64,000 nt of DNA from Alphaproteobacteria bacterium (GTDB lineage Bacteria; Pseudomonadota; Alphaproteobacteria; RF32; CAG-239). Both the position numbers and the translations under genes were made by a program. The stretch covers positions 9,822 to 73,821 of the forward strand of contig JBGUWS010000019.1 in the NCBI GenBank assembly GCA_045221335.1, read 5' to 3'. Below the pieces are notes generated by a model. It worked only from the letters and a program-made list of their open reading frames with translations, did no database searches and was not told the origin of the DNA. Shown here piece after piece: positions 1 to 10,027 of the stretch (positions within the stretch are counted from its first letter, which is position 1; each line of letters begins with the position of its first letter).

Positions 1-87
1 GATGGACACATTCTAAAAACAGGAGACAAGACACTGGCTCTTGAAGTAGAAAAAAACGGTTACACACAATTTCTCAAAGAGGCCTGA
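1..87 (+). CDS. sufC: FeS assembly ATPase SufC, C-terminal fragment (the 5' end lies outside the window)
   Basis: Frame 1 reads DGHILKTGDKTLALEVEKNGYTQFLKEA*, which resembles the SufC C-terminus. The SufD-like gene follows 3 nt downstream. Confidence 0.55.
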   Translation, partial: DGHILKTGDKTLALEVEKNGYTQFLKEA

Positions 88-90
88 CAA

Positions 91-1329
91 ATGGATAGTC
101 CTTTAATAAAAGAAGTATCTCTATTTTTAGATGACAAGCCTTCTGTTTATGCCTTAAGAGAAAAAGCAAAGAAGGCTTTATTTTCAACAGGATTCCCTAC
201 AAAAAAAACAGAATCATGGAAATACACCGATGTTTCAGAAATAATCAATCACTCTTTTCAAATAAACGAAAAAGAAGATATCTGTGACAAAGATTGTTGT
301 CATCACAATGGTTCGTCTGAATATTTTATAGAAATTCACTTCTGTCATGGACGTCTTCATATTGAAGAGTATAATACACCAAAAGGGGTAACCATAACAC
401 CTCTACCCCTAGCCCTATATGAAGAAGAATATAAACAATACTTTTTTAATTCTTTCGACCTAAATAAGCACCCTTTTGCTGCTTTAAACGGCATGTATTT
501 GGAACAAGGCGTTTGTATCATTGTCGATAAAGACATCAAGACACCAAAACCAATCATCATAAAATACAATCAGACGGGTTGTCTTAATCAACAAACGAAC
601 ATTCATAATTTGATTGTTTTAAAAAGAAATGCTAGTCTAGAATTCATTGAAAGCTTTTCATCGGGCGATAATAATACTCATTTAACGAATATTGTAAACG
701 AAATCTATCTAAAACAAAATTCAGAACTAACGCATTATAAAATACAAAAAGAAAACTCTAGCAACTTTCACGTTTCTTTGACTGCCACAAAACAGCAAGA
801 CAACAGTAAATACAGGCAGTTTTATTTGTCTTATGGAGCAAAAATAAGCCGCCAAGAAACATTAATCAATCTGGAACAACAATTTTCTGAAGCAAAAGTC
901 TTTGATGCATACAAGGCAAAAACAAATTGCATAACTGATATTACAACAAACGTTAATCATTGGGTAGCTAACACTTATTCCAATCAATACGCAAAAGCGG
1001 TTCTAGAAACAAACTCGACAGCCAATTTTCAAGGAAAAATACTTATTCAAAAAGACGCTGTTAAAACATCTGGAAACCAATTACACAAAGCCTTGTACTT
1101 GGACAATAACGCAAACTTAAATTGTAAGCCAGAATTAGAAATATACGCAGACGATGTCAAGTGTTCACACGGAGCAACTTGTGGCGAAATCAATAAAGAA
1201 CAACTATTTTATCTAACCTCTCGGGGAATTGATCAAGACACCGCAAAAAACATTCTTGTTCAAGCCCATCTTGATGAAATAATCTCTCTTATCCCAAATG
1301 AAGAAATAAAAAAGTTATTCTTCTTCTGA
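91..1329 (+). CDS. sufD: FeS cluster assembly protein SufD
   Basis: 412 aa. The N-terminus has an ESWKYTD motif and the C-terminus has HGATCGEI...QLFYLTSRGI, typical of the SufB/SufD family. The size fits SufD and it sits directly downstream of the sufC fragment. Confidence 0.75.
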   Translation: MDSPLIKEVSLFLDDKPSVYALREKAKKALFSTGFPTKKTESWKYTDVSEIINHSFQINEKEDICDKDCCHHNGSSEYFIEIHFCHGRLHIEEYNTPKGVTITPLPLALYEEEYKQYFFNSFDLNKHPFAALNGMYLEQGVCIIVDKDIKTPKPIIIKYNQTGCLNQQTNIHNLIVLKRNASLEFIESFSSGDNNTHLTNIVNEIYLKQNSELTHYKIQKENSSNFHVSLTATKQQDNSKYRQFYLSYGAKISRQETLINLEQQFSEAKVFDAYKAKTNCITDITTNVNHWVANTYSNQYAKAVLETNSTANFQGKILIQKDAVKTSGNQLHKALYLDNNANLNCKPELEIYADDVKCSHGATCGEINKEQLFYLTSRGIDQDTAKNILVQAHLDEIISLIPNEEIKKLFFF

Positions 1330-2106
1330 AAACAAAACCTTTTCTTGGTAAAATAATGATGATGCAATAACCGATGTCAAAAAACAAAAATTAAAATATA
1401 AGAGAAACTCATTTGCAAAGGCGCTAAACCATACCGGTAAAACCTTATCTGTTTCAAAAAAAGCAAGAGAAATATGAAGAAGATAGGCGAAAACCAAAAG
1501 ATACGACAAAAACCACACTATCGGCTTATAAATACCATCAAAAATTGCCCAGAAAGTTTTATGAATAGCAAAAAAAGAACCACCGCTCAAAAAATGCTGA
1601 AAAACAACAAAATTAAGTAAAAGAAAAATAGCGGCCATAATCACTAAAGAAACACAAAAGAAAAACAGCAACTCCATTTTCCAGTCTTCTACCGGTTTAC
1701 GTCTCGCTAACAAAAACACACAGAAACCTAAAACAGCCCAGGTTAAAATATAGATAAAAACAACACATAGTGTTTTAAGGTCTTTCTTAAAACGCCTTTC
1801 TTTAATTACCTCTCTAAATGTTTTATTTTCAGATATTATTATTTGCCAACGATTATAAAAGAAAGCAATTCCTAAAAAAGCCACTCCTCCTGAAATAAGA
1901 ACTGTCAAAAAATTTTGTGTGCAGTAAATATCTTTAATATCTAAACCACAGAAAAAACTTCTTCCAACCAAAACCGTTGTCAGCGACACGATAAAAGAAA
2001 CAAACAAGCTCAATAAAAGAAAGCTCTTCAGATTCTTATTCAAAACAACCAAAGGATAAAACAATCCTTCAATCAAAGAAATAGTTTTTTCTTCCGTTTT
2101 TTTCAT
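1315..2106 (-). CDS. hypothetical polytopic membrane protein
   Basis: 263-aa ORF with about 6 hydrophobic helices and no recognisable motif. It is convergent with sufD and overlaps it by 15 nt. Confidence 0.45.
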   Translation of the reverse strand: MKKTEEKTISLIEGLFYPLVVLNKNLKSFLLLSLFVSFIVSLTTVLVGRSFFCGLDIKDIYCTQNFLTVLISGGVAFLGIAFFYNRWQIIISENKTFREVIKERRFKKDLKTLCVVFIYILTWAVLGFCVFLLARRKPVEDWKMELLFFFCVSLVIMAAIFLLLNFVVFQHFLSGGSFFAIHKTFWAIFDGIYKPIVWFLSYLLVFAYLLHISLAFFETDKVLPVWFSAFANEFLLYFNFCFLTSVIASSLFYQEKVLFSEEE

Positions 2107-2124
2107 TTTAACCTCCTCTGCACA

Positions 2125-5100
2125 CTATATTTCTCTAACCGCAGAAACACCGGGAATATTCTTTAACTTTGTCAACATCATCTTATCAGCAAAAGCATAT
2201 CCACCCTCAACTTCTATAAGCACATCCCATTCGTTTATCACTGGCTCTATGTAAATTTTGTTTACCCCTTTTTTATCGGCATAAACTAATTTTCTTACTT
2301 CAGAAACGGCCGAAATATCCGCAATAGAAATAATCAAACCTTTTGCTTGCTCTGCTATTGCCTCATCGAGTGTTTGTACGCTATTTATCATTATCCTTGG
2401 ATTTTCATCTTCTGATTGCTTATTAATTGTTACTTTAGCTAATAATGGACATCCGGAATTTATTGTTTCTTCATATTTGGTCAAAGCTTCAGAAAAAAGC
2501 AACCCTTCAAAATTATCTGTCGTATCAGAAAGTTTCAAAAATGCATATTTATTACCGCTTTTTCCTATCCTCTTCTGAAAACTCTCAACACACCCTGCAA
2601 CATTAGCCTTGATGCTGTCTCCTGCCCTGATATTAGAAAGGATACTTTGACAACTCTTAACCCCTAATTTTTTCATGCTTTCTGCATAAACATCCAGCGG
2701 ATGTGCTGACAAATAAAACCCTATAGCGTCAGCCTCTAATCTTAACTTTTCAAGTTCTGGCCAATCTGGTGCCTCTGATAGTTTTACCTTTGAGGAATAT
2801 TCCTCAACACCAAACAAGGAACTTTGAGCGCTTGTTTTCATCTCTGTTACAGAAGAAATGTTTTTCAAGATTAAATCAATATTAGCAAACAACTTTCCTC
2901 TTTTCTTTTCTAAACAATCAAAAGCTCCTGCTTTAATAAGCTGCTCTAGCTGCTTACGATTTAATTGTTTAGCATCAACCCTGTTAATAAAATCAGAAAT
3001 ATCCTTAAATTTGCCACCCTTTTCTCGTGCTTCAACAATAGCATTCATGTTGGCTTCTCCAACCCCTTTTATTGCGCCCAAAGCATAGCGGAGTTTCCCT
3101 TCTTGAACGCTAAAACGCGCTATCGACTCATTAATATCTGGTTTTAATATTTCAATACCAAGAATTTTACATTCTGACTTAAATCCCGCCAATTTATCCG
3201 TATTAGTAATATCCAAATCCATAACCGCACACATGAATTCCACTGGAAAATGGGCTTTAAGATATGCTGTATGATACGAAACAAGAGAGTACGCCGCAGC
3301 ATGAGATTTATTAAAACCATAGGAAGCAAATTTTTCCATTTGGTCAAAAATGCTTTTGGCTACATCTTCCTCTATGCCATTTTTAACAGCACCCTCTGTA
3401 AACATTTTACGCTGTTTTGGTATCTCGTCGCGCATTTTTTTACCCATAACCTTACGTAATTTATCGGCGCCACCCATAGTATACCCGCCAAGTTCACGAG
3501 CAATCATCATAACCTGCTCTTGATATACCATAATACCGTATGTTTCTTTCAAAATAGGTTCCAGTTTAGGGTGCAGGTACGTAATTTCCTCTTCCCCATG
3601 CTTACGCTTAATAAATGTTGGTATATTATCCATTGGCCCGGGACGATATAAAGAAACAATAGCTATCAAATCCTCAAATCTATCCGGTTTTATTTGCTTG
3701 TGAACATCTTTCATTCCAGATGATTCAAATTGAAAAACAGCTGTTGTTTTTCCTTCTTGTAACATTTTATAAGTATCAACATCATCAAGAGGTACTGTTT
3801 CCATGTCTAAAACAACACCTTGTGATTTCTTTATCCAGTCCAAAGCTCTTTGAATAACCGTTAGTGTTTTCAACCCCAGAAAATCAAACTTTATCAAACC
3901 GGTTTCTTCAACATATTTCATATCATACATTGTCACCGGCATATCCGCCCTGGGATCTTTGTATAGAGGAACCAATTCTTCTAGAGGTCTATCACCAATA
4001 ACAACACCTGCCGCATGCATACCGGAATTACGATATAAACCTTCAAGTTTTATCGCTATCTCAAAAAGTTTATTAACTTGTGGATCTTTTTGCCGCATTT
4101 CCTCAAGCTCAGGCACAAGTTCTAAAGCCTCTGGTAATGTTGGATTCTTACCCTGTGCACCTGCAGGAATCATTTTAGAAATTTTATCGGCCTGAGAATA
4201 TGGCATTTGTAAAACACGAGCCACATCACGAATGACAGCTTTAGATTGCAGTTTACCATATGTAATAATCTGAGCCACATGATCAAACCCGTATTTCTTC
4301 TGAACATATTCAATGGTTTTATACCTGTTCTCTTGGCAAAAATCGACATCAAAATCTGGCATATTTACACGTTCAGGATTAAGAAATCTTTCAAAAAGCA
4401 AATCTAATTTCAAAGGATCCAATTCCGTAATATTCAAAGACCAAGCAACTATAGATCCCGCACCAGAACCTCGACCAGGACCAACAGGAACCCCGTTTTG
4501 TTTAGACCATTTTATAAAATCAGAAACGATAAGAAAATAGCCTGAAAAACCCATTTTTTTAATAACACTAAGCTCATAGTCCAAACGTGCGTAGTATTTT
4601 TCATCTAATTCCACTTTTTGCGCCGCCGTCATACCCTCAAAATAAACAGCTTTACGCATTCTTTCATCTAAACCTTTATAGGATTCTTCAGTAATAAACT
4701 CATCTTGCGTTTTACCATCAGGACATTCAAAAACAGGTAATAACGGATCTTTTTTCTCTGAAAGATAATTACATAATTTTGCAATCCGCACAGTATTATT
4801 TACAGCCTCTGGCAAATCAGAAAAAAGCTCCACCATTTCTTCTTCTGCGCGTAATCTATTATTTACAGAAAATCTCCGACGATTTTCATTAGCAACATAT
4901 TCACCCTCTGAAATACACACTAAAGCATCATGGGCTTCATACATACTCTCATCCAAAAAAAACACTTCGTTCGTTGCCACTAAAGGAATATTATGTTTAT
5001 AAGCAAGTTCCACGAAAAAATCTTCGGTTTTCTGTTCCTTTTCTAAACCGATCCGCGATATTTCCATATAAAGTCTATCTTGAAATATTTCTTTCAACTG

Positions 5101-5598
5101 AATCGTAAAGTCTTCTGCTTCTTTTTTGCGATTATCTAAAAACAAACGTCCAATTGTACCATCAACACCTGCTGTCAAAGCGATTAGACCGTCATTAAAA
5201 TCTTTCAGGTTTTGCAAAGTAAGTTGAGGAGTCCAACCTTTTTCCGTGTTATCTAGATAAAACCGCTTCATTAGTTTCATTATATTCTTGTATCCGGTTT
5301 CATTCATAACCAATAAAATAATTTTATCTGGATCCAACTCTTTTCCTTTGGATTTCATGATATCATCAGAATCTGCATTTCTAAGCAGAAATTGGCATCC
5401 CATAATAGGTTTAATTCCCTCATCTGCTGCATACTTAGAGAAAGCCTTACCTCCAAACATATTCGCAGAATCTGTTACTGCAACTGCCGGCACCCCCATA
5501 TCGTGCAATTTATGAATAAGAGTTGGCAACATAATAGCCCCTTCAGCTAATGAGTAAGCTGTATGAACTCTCAGATGTATAAATTTAGGGTCCTTCAT
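2125..5598 (-). CDS. dnaE: DNA polymerase III alpha subunit
   Basis: 1157 aa. An N-terminal PHP domain (HLRVHTAYSLAEGA) is followed by the polymerase core (GRGSGAGS, palm/fingers motifs) and an OB fold. Full length. Confidence 0.95.
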   Translation of the reverse strand: MKDPKFIHLRVHTAYSLAEGAIMLPTLIHKLHDMGVPAVAVTDSANMFGGKAFSKYAADEGIKPIMGCQFLLRNADSDDIMKSKGKELDPDKIILLVMNETGYKNIMKLMKRFYLDNTEKGWTPQLTLQNLKDFNDGLIALTAGVDGTIGRLFLDNRKKEAEDFTIQLKEIFQDRLYMEISRIGLEKEQKTEDFFVELAYKHNIPLVATNEVFFLDESMYEAHDALVCISEGEYVANENRRRFSVNNRLRAEEEMVELFSDLPEAVNNTVRIAKLCNYLSEKKDPLLPVFECPDGKTQDEFITEESYKGLDERMRKAVYFEGMTAAQKVELDEKYYARLDYELSVIKKMGFSGYFLIVSDFIKWSKQNGVPVGPGRGSGAGSIVAWSLNITELDPLKLDLLFERFLNPERVNMPDFDVDFCQENRYKTIEYVQKKYGFDHVAQIITYGKLQSKAVIRDVARVLQMPYSQADKISKMIPAGAQGKNPTLPEALELVPELEEMRQKDPQVNKLFEIAIKLEGLYRNSGMHAAGVVIGDRPLEELVPLYKDPRADMPVTMYDMKYVEETGLIKFDFLGLKTLTVIQRALDWIKKSQGVVLDMETVPLDDVDTYKMLQEGKTTAVFQFESSGMKDVHKQIKPDRFEDLIAIVSLYRPGPMDNIPTFIKRKHGEEEITYLHPKLEPILKETYGIMVYQEQVMMIARELGGYTMGGADKLRKVMGKKMRDEIPKQRKMFTEGAVKNGIEEDVAKSIFDQMEKFASYGFNKSHAAAYSLVSYHTAYLKAHFPVEFMCAVMDLDITNTDKLAGFKSECKILGIEILKPDINESIARFSVQEGKLRYALGAIKGVGEANMNAIVEAREKGGKFKDISDFINRVDAKQLNRKQLEQLIKAGAFDCLEKKRGKLFANIDLILKNISSVTEMKTSAQSSLFGVEEYSSKVKLSEAPDWPELEKLRLEADAIGFYLSAHPLDVYAESMKKLGVKSCQSILSNIRAGDSIKANVAGCVESFQKRIGKSGNKYAFLKLSDTTDNFEGLLFSEALTKYEETINSGCPLLAKVTINKQSEDENPRIMINSVQTLDEAIAEQAKGLIISIADISAVSEVRKLVYADKKGVNKIYIEPVINEWDVLIEVEGGYAFADKMMLTKLKNIPGVSAVREI

Positions 5599-5703
5599 TT
5601 TTTTATCCTATCCTCAAGATTTTTCAAAGATATCACAAAGTTAAAATATCTCAACATTTTTATTTGTATTCACAAACAAAACCCGCCAAAAAATAAACAT
5701 CCC

Positions 5704-5740
5704 CTACAAAAAAGGATATTGTTTGCCACAATATCCTTTT
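5704..5740 (-). terminator. rho-independent terminator downstream of the eno/small-ORF unit (minus strand)
   Basis: Perfect 11-bp stem aaggatattgt/acaatatcctt (5712-5738) with loop ttgcc, followed on the minus strand by a UUUUUU run. Confidence 0.5.
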
Positions 5741-5760
5741 CAACAATCCTATTCTGATAG

Positions 5761-6015
5761 CTATTCGTACTTTGCTTCCGCGCCATTTTGATAAACATCT
5801 TGAGCATTATCAAAATTCTTTTTAAGAACTCGACCTAATTTTGAAGCCGAATTAGCCGTATTTGACGCAACTTGACCGCTTGCACTACCATCAAACATTG
5901 TTTTTATGTACTCTATCTGCTCTTCAACAGATAGATTTTTTACCTTATACAAATAAGCAGACACGCCGCAAGCAATCACTGCTAGGAATAGCAAGAAATA
6001 TATAAAACTTCTCAT
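5761..6015 (-). CDS. small membrane-anchored hypothetical protein, possibly co-transcribed with eno
   Basis: 84 aa with an N-terminal TM helix or signal peptide (FIYFLLFLAVIACGVSA) and a polar tail. It lies 5 nt downstream of eno. It does not align convincingly to FtsB. Confidence 0.45.
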   Translation of the reverse strand: MRSFIYFLLFLAVIACGVSAYLYKVKNLSVEEQIEYIKTMFDGSASGQVASNTANSASKLGRVLKKNFDNAQDVYQNGAEAKYE

Positions 6016-6020
6016 GTTTT

Positions 6021-7340
<1,320 letters not shown>

Positions 7341-7490
7341 TTAGTTAACCTAAAGTCAAGACACATCTGTTAGCATAAACAAAATCATCTTCATCTCTTG
7401 TTTCACAACAAACATACCAAAAGACAAAATTCTTGTCTTTTATAAAAAAAGGTAATAAACTACGAAAAACAGCAGTTCTGGAGGTTTGTT

Positions 7491-7964
7491 ATGTTCACTA
7501 TGAAATGGCATTATCGCTTTATGGATTTAGCGAAACTTATCGCAACCTGGTCCAAAGACACCTCAACAAAAACTGGTGCCGTTATTGTCGGACCAGATAA
7601 AGAAATAAGAGCAACAGGATACAATGGCTTTGTCCGCGGCGTAGATGATGATGTCATGGAGCGTTTTGAAAGACCTACAAAATATGATTTTTTTGAACAC
7701 GCTGAAAGAAATGCTGTCTATAATGCTTGTTTGTGTGGCACTCAAGTAAAGGGTTGTGTCCTTTATGCAACACACTTCCCATGCACAGATTGTACCAGAG
7801 CTATTATCCAATCTGGAATAAAGCTCGTTGTCACAAATCCTTTAGCCATAGATAAAAACACTCCTCAAAACACATGGAGAGATCGTGTATCTTATTCTGA
7901 ACAAATGTTAAAAGAGGCTGGTGTTGAATTGCTTATTTTGCCGCCCAAAGAATCAAAAAACTAA
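7491..7964 (+). CDS. dCMP (cytidine/deoxycytidylate) deaminase, zinc-binding
   Basis: 157 aa with the HAERNA and PCTDC zinc-ligand motifs of the CDA/dCMP deaminase fold. A GGAGG RBS lies 12 nt upstream. Confidence 0.8.
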   Translation: MFTMKWHYRFMDLAKLIATWSKDTSTKTGAVIVGPDKEIRATGYNGFVRGVDDDVMERFERPTKYDFFEHAERNAVYNACLCGTQVKGCVLYATHFPCTDCTRAIIQSGIKLVVTNPLAIDKNTPQNTWRDRVSYSEQMLKEAGVELLILPPKESKN

Positions 7965-8044
7965 AATTACCGCCTTTAAAACTGTTATTCCGTACTTATA
8001 TTGCAACTACATTTAATAATGTCTTGTTAATAAGGGAGATATAA

Positions 8045-8674
8045 ATGAAAGTTTTAATAACGGACGAACAATCTTTATTCAGAGATGGACTCTCTCTGCG
8101 CTTAAAACAAATAAACGATAACATATCTGTAATACAATCCTCAAACTTATTTGAAATGCAAAAAATATTATCAAAAGAAAAAGACATTGATTTTCTAATT
8201 TTTGACATAGATCTTGCAGAAACGGATTCTACAGAGTTCATTAACAAGTTAAAAACCCTCGCTCCAAACTTAAAAATTGTTGTTATTTCTTCATCTGAGG
8301 ATACAAGAAATATAAAAAGAGTTCTTTCTTCAGATGTAAAGGGATATATTCCCAAAAAACTAGACAGCAACATATTAGGTGGGGCACTAAAACTTATTTT
8401 AGACGGAGGAACATATATCCCCCCTGTTCTGTTAAATAACATAACAACCTATACGAACCATAATACAGACAACATCTTAAAAAAGAGCCTAACAAACAGA
8501 CAGTCTCAAGTGTTAGACCTAATTGCTCAGGGAAAATCAAACAAACAAATAGCCTATGATATGGGCGTATCAGAGGCAACTGTGAAACTACACATAAATG
8601 CATTGTTACGCTCGTTGAAAGTAAATAATCGAACACAGGCTGTCATTACTGCCCAAAAAATGGGATTAATATAA
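8045..8674 (+). CDS. LuxR/FixJ-family regulator with an atypical receiver plus a C-terminal HTH
   Basis: 209 aa with a receiver-like N-domain (FLIFDIDL, KGYIPK) and a LuxR-type HTH (QVLDLIAQGKSNKQIAYDMGVSEATVKLH). The acidic pocket at the start is TDEQ rather than DD. Confidence 0.8.
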   Translation: MKVLITDEQSLFRDGLSLRLKQINDNISVIQSSNLFEMQKILSKEKDIDFLIFDIDLAETDSTEFINKLKTLAPNLKIVVISSSEDTRNIKRVLSSDVKGYIPKKLDSNILGGALKLILDGGTYIPPVLLNNITTYTNHNTDNILKKSLTNRQSQVLDLIAQGKSNKQIAYDMGVSEATVKLHINALLRSLKVNNRTQAVITAQKMGLI

Positions 8675-8747
8675 TTTTTGCCGTTTATTTAAACAATATT
8701 TACTTTTGAAATATAGAATAAACCAAAAGAGAACTTTTGGAGGAAGA

Positions 8748-9455
8748 ATGTTATCTGCAATAATTGGTTTTATTCTGGGTCTTTTTATTCCCTATTTAGC
8801 TAGACGTTTTGCAAAAATTATGCAACAAACACCTACTCTTTCTTATGCTCTATATCGCATATTTACACCGACTAAAGTTGTTTCTAAAAGAAAGCGCTTT
8901 GCCAACCGCAAATATGAACAGCTTTATAAAAACTATCTCATGCGATCTTTGGGCTGGGGAATTACGTCTGGTGCTATCTTTTTCTTAATCTCTTTAGCTA
9001 TTCCTTTTCAAGAAAAACTATGGATTTCTTTTTTTGTAATAATATTGCTAATGTTAATGGAAATAGATAAACGCATACAATTTCTTCCGGATTTACTAAC
9101 ATCCCCTCTTCTTTTAAGCGGTTTTGCTTACGCCGTATTCTCTGGGGCATTACTAGGAAACACTATTGCAGAAGCAACAGAAAACAGCGCCTTAGGTGCA
9201 ATATTTGGATATCTTATTCCTGTTATTGCTTCTTTGATGCTAATAAAAAAGCACCCCGAAAACTTAGGTGGTGGTGATATAAAAATTCTAGCAGCAATCG
9301 GGGCATGGCTTGGTTTATCCAATATACCCTTTGTTATATTACTATCTTGCCTTTTCTTCGCTTTTTCTTACTTCATCACAAAAAAACGTACCGATGCTTT
9401 TGGCCCATCTATCGTTCTGGCCACGCTAACAATTCTTTTTCTTTTAATATACTAA
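8748..9455 (+). CDS. A24-family prepilin peptidase, TadV/CpaA type with no zinc finger
   Basis: It carries the GGGDIKILAAIGAWLG signature and the upstream catalytic Asp (FLPDLL), and has no N-terminal CxxC pairs. The start is placed at the ATG 6 nt after a GGAGG; the ORF-track start at 8706 is a TTG. Confidence 0.7.
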   Translation: MLSAIIGFILGLFIPYLARRFAKIMQQTPTLSYALYRIFTPTKVVSKRKRFANRKYEQLYKNYLMRSLGWGITSGAIFFLISLAIPFQEKLWISFFVIILLMLMEIDKRIQFLPDLLTSPLLLSGFAYAVFSGALLGNTIAEATENSALGAIFGYLIPVIASLMLIKKHPENLGGGDIKILAAIGAWLGLSNIPFVILLSCLFFAFSYFITKKRTDAFGPSIVLATLTILFLLIY

Positions 9456-9905
9456 CTATGCTTTTTGTTTTTTCTCTACCGGTAAAGACAGTACAAACCA
9501 CAAAACAAGTAGTCCAATAATTGGCAAAATCAACAAAGCAATCAAATATATTGGTAAATTAAGCTCACGAAGCCGACGAACAGAAATTCCAATAAAAGGA
9601 ATAAGTGTTGCCCAACAATATATTTTAAAAAGGGTAAAAGAAAAAATACCAAAAATCGAAGCAATCAATACCGCAAATAAAACGTACATCCAGTATTGAC
9701 GACGGGAAACAGTACCATCAAATTTAATATAATCTGATTTCAAATACCCTAAAAAATATTTATCAAAAGCTTTTACAAAACCATCTTTCGTAACATCCTT
9801 TAACTTATCAACTTCAGATACCAAAACTTTTACAACATCTTTTGCTGACTTTTTAAGAAAAGCAACATCTTTAAAAGACTTTATATCCATTATTTCCTCC
9901 ATCAA
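9456..9905 (-). CDS. DUF805-family inner-membrane protein
   Basis: The SRRQYW motif followed by two or three TM helices is typical of DUF805/YhaH-like proteins. It has a roughly 50-aa K/D-rich N-terminal extension. Confidence 0.6.
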   Translation of the reverse strand: MMEEIMDIKSFKDVAFLKKSAKDVVKVLVSEVDKLKDVTKDGFVKAFDKYFLGYLKSDYIKFDGTVSRRQYWMYVLFAVLIASIFGIFSFTLFKIYCWATLIPFIGISVRRLRELNLPIYLIALLILPIIGLLVLWFVLSLPVEKKQKA

Positions 9906-9974
9906 TATATACCTAAATGATGGTAAATAACGATATTAAAAATTTCAAGAAAAATAAAAGATATATACAAAAAA

Positions 9975-10009
9975 GCACCGGACTTCGCCCGGCGCTTTTA
10001 TCTTTTTTT
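9975..10009 (-). terminator. rho-independent terminator after ppdK, with bidirectional potential
   Basis: On the minus strand GCGCCGG-GCGAAGU-CCGGUGC forms a 7-bp stem including one G-U pair, followed by UUUUUU. Poly-T runs are present on both sides. Confidence 0.6.
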
Positions 10010-10027
10010 GTGTCACTCTATAAGAGA

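Noticed and set aside
2858-5515. Several 60-78-aa ORFs on both strands inside dnaE
   Set aside because: They are nested within a 1157-aa, strongly conserved polymerase gene, so they are chance ORFs.
5761-6015. Calling the small gene downstream of eno 'ftsB' on positional grounds
   Set aside because: ftsB often follows eno in proteobacteria, and the protein is membrane-anchored. I could not see the FtsB coiled-coil/leucine-zipper pattern, however, and the polar tail looks different, so it is left as hypothetical.
7996-8442. Minus-strand 148-aa ORF antisense to the LuxR-family gene
   Set aside because: It overlaps a well-supported regulator gene and has no motif or RBS, so it is probably a chance ORF in AT-rich DNA.
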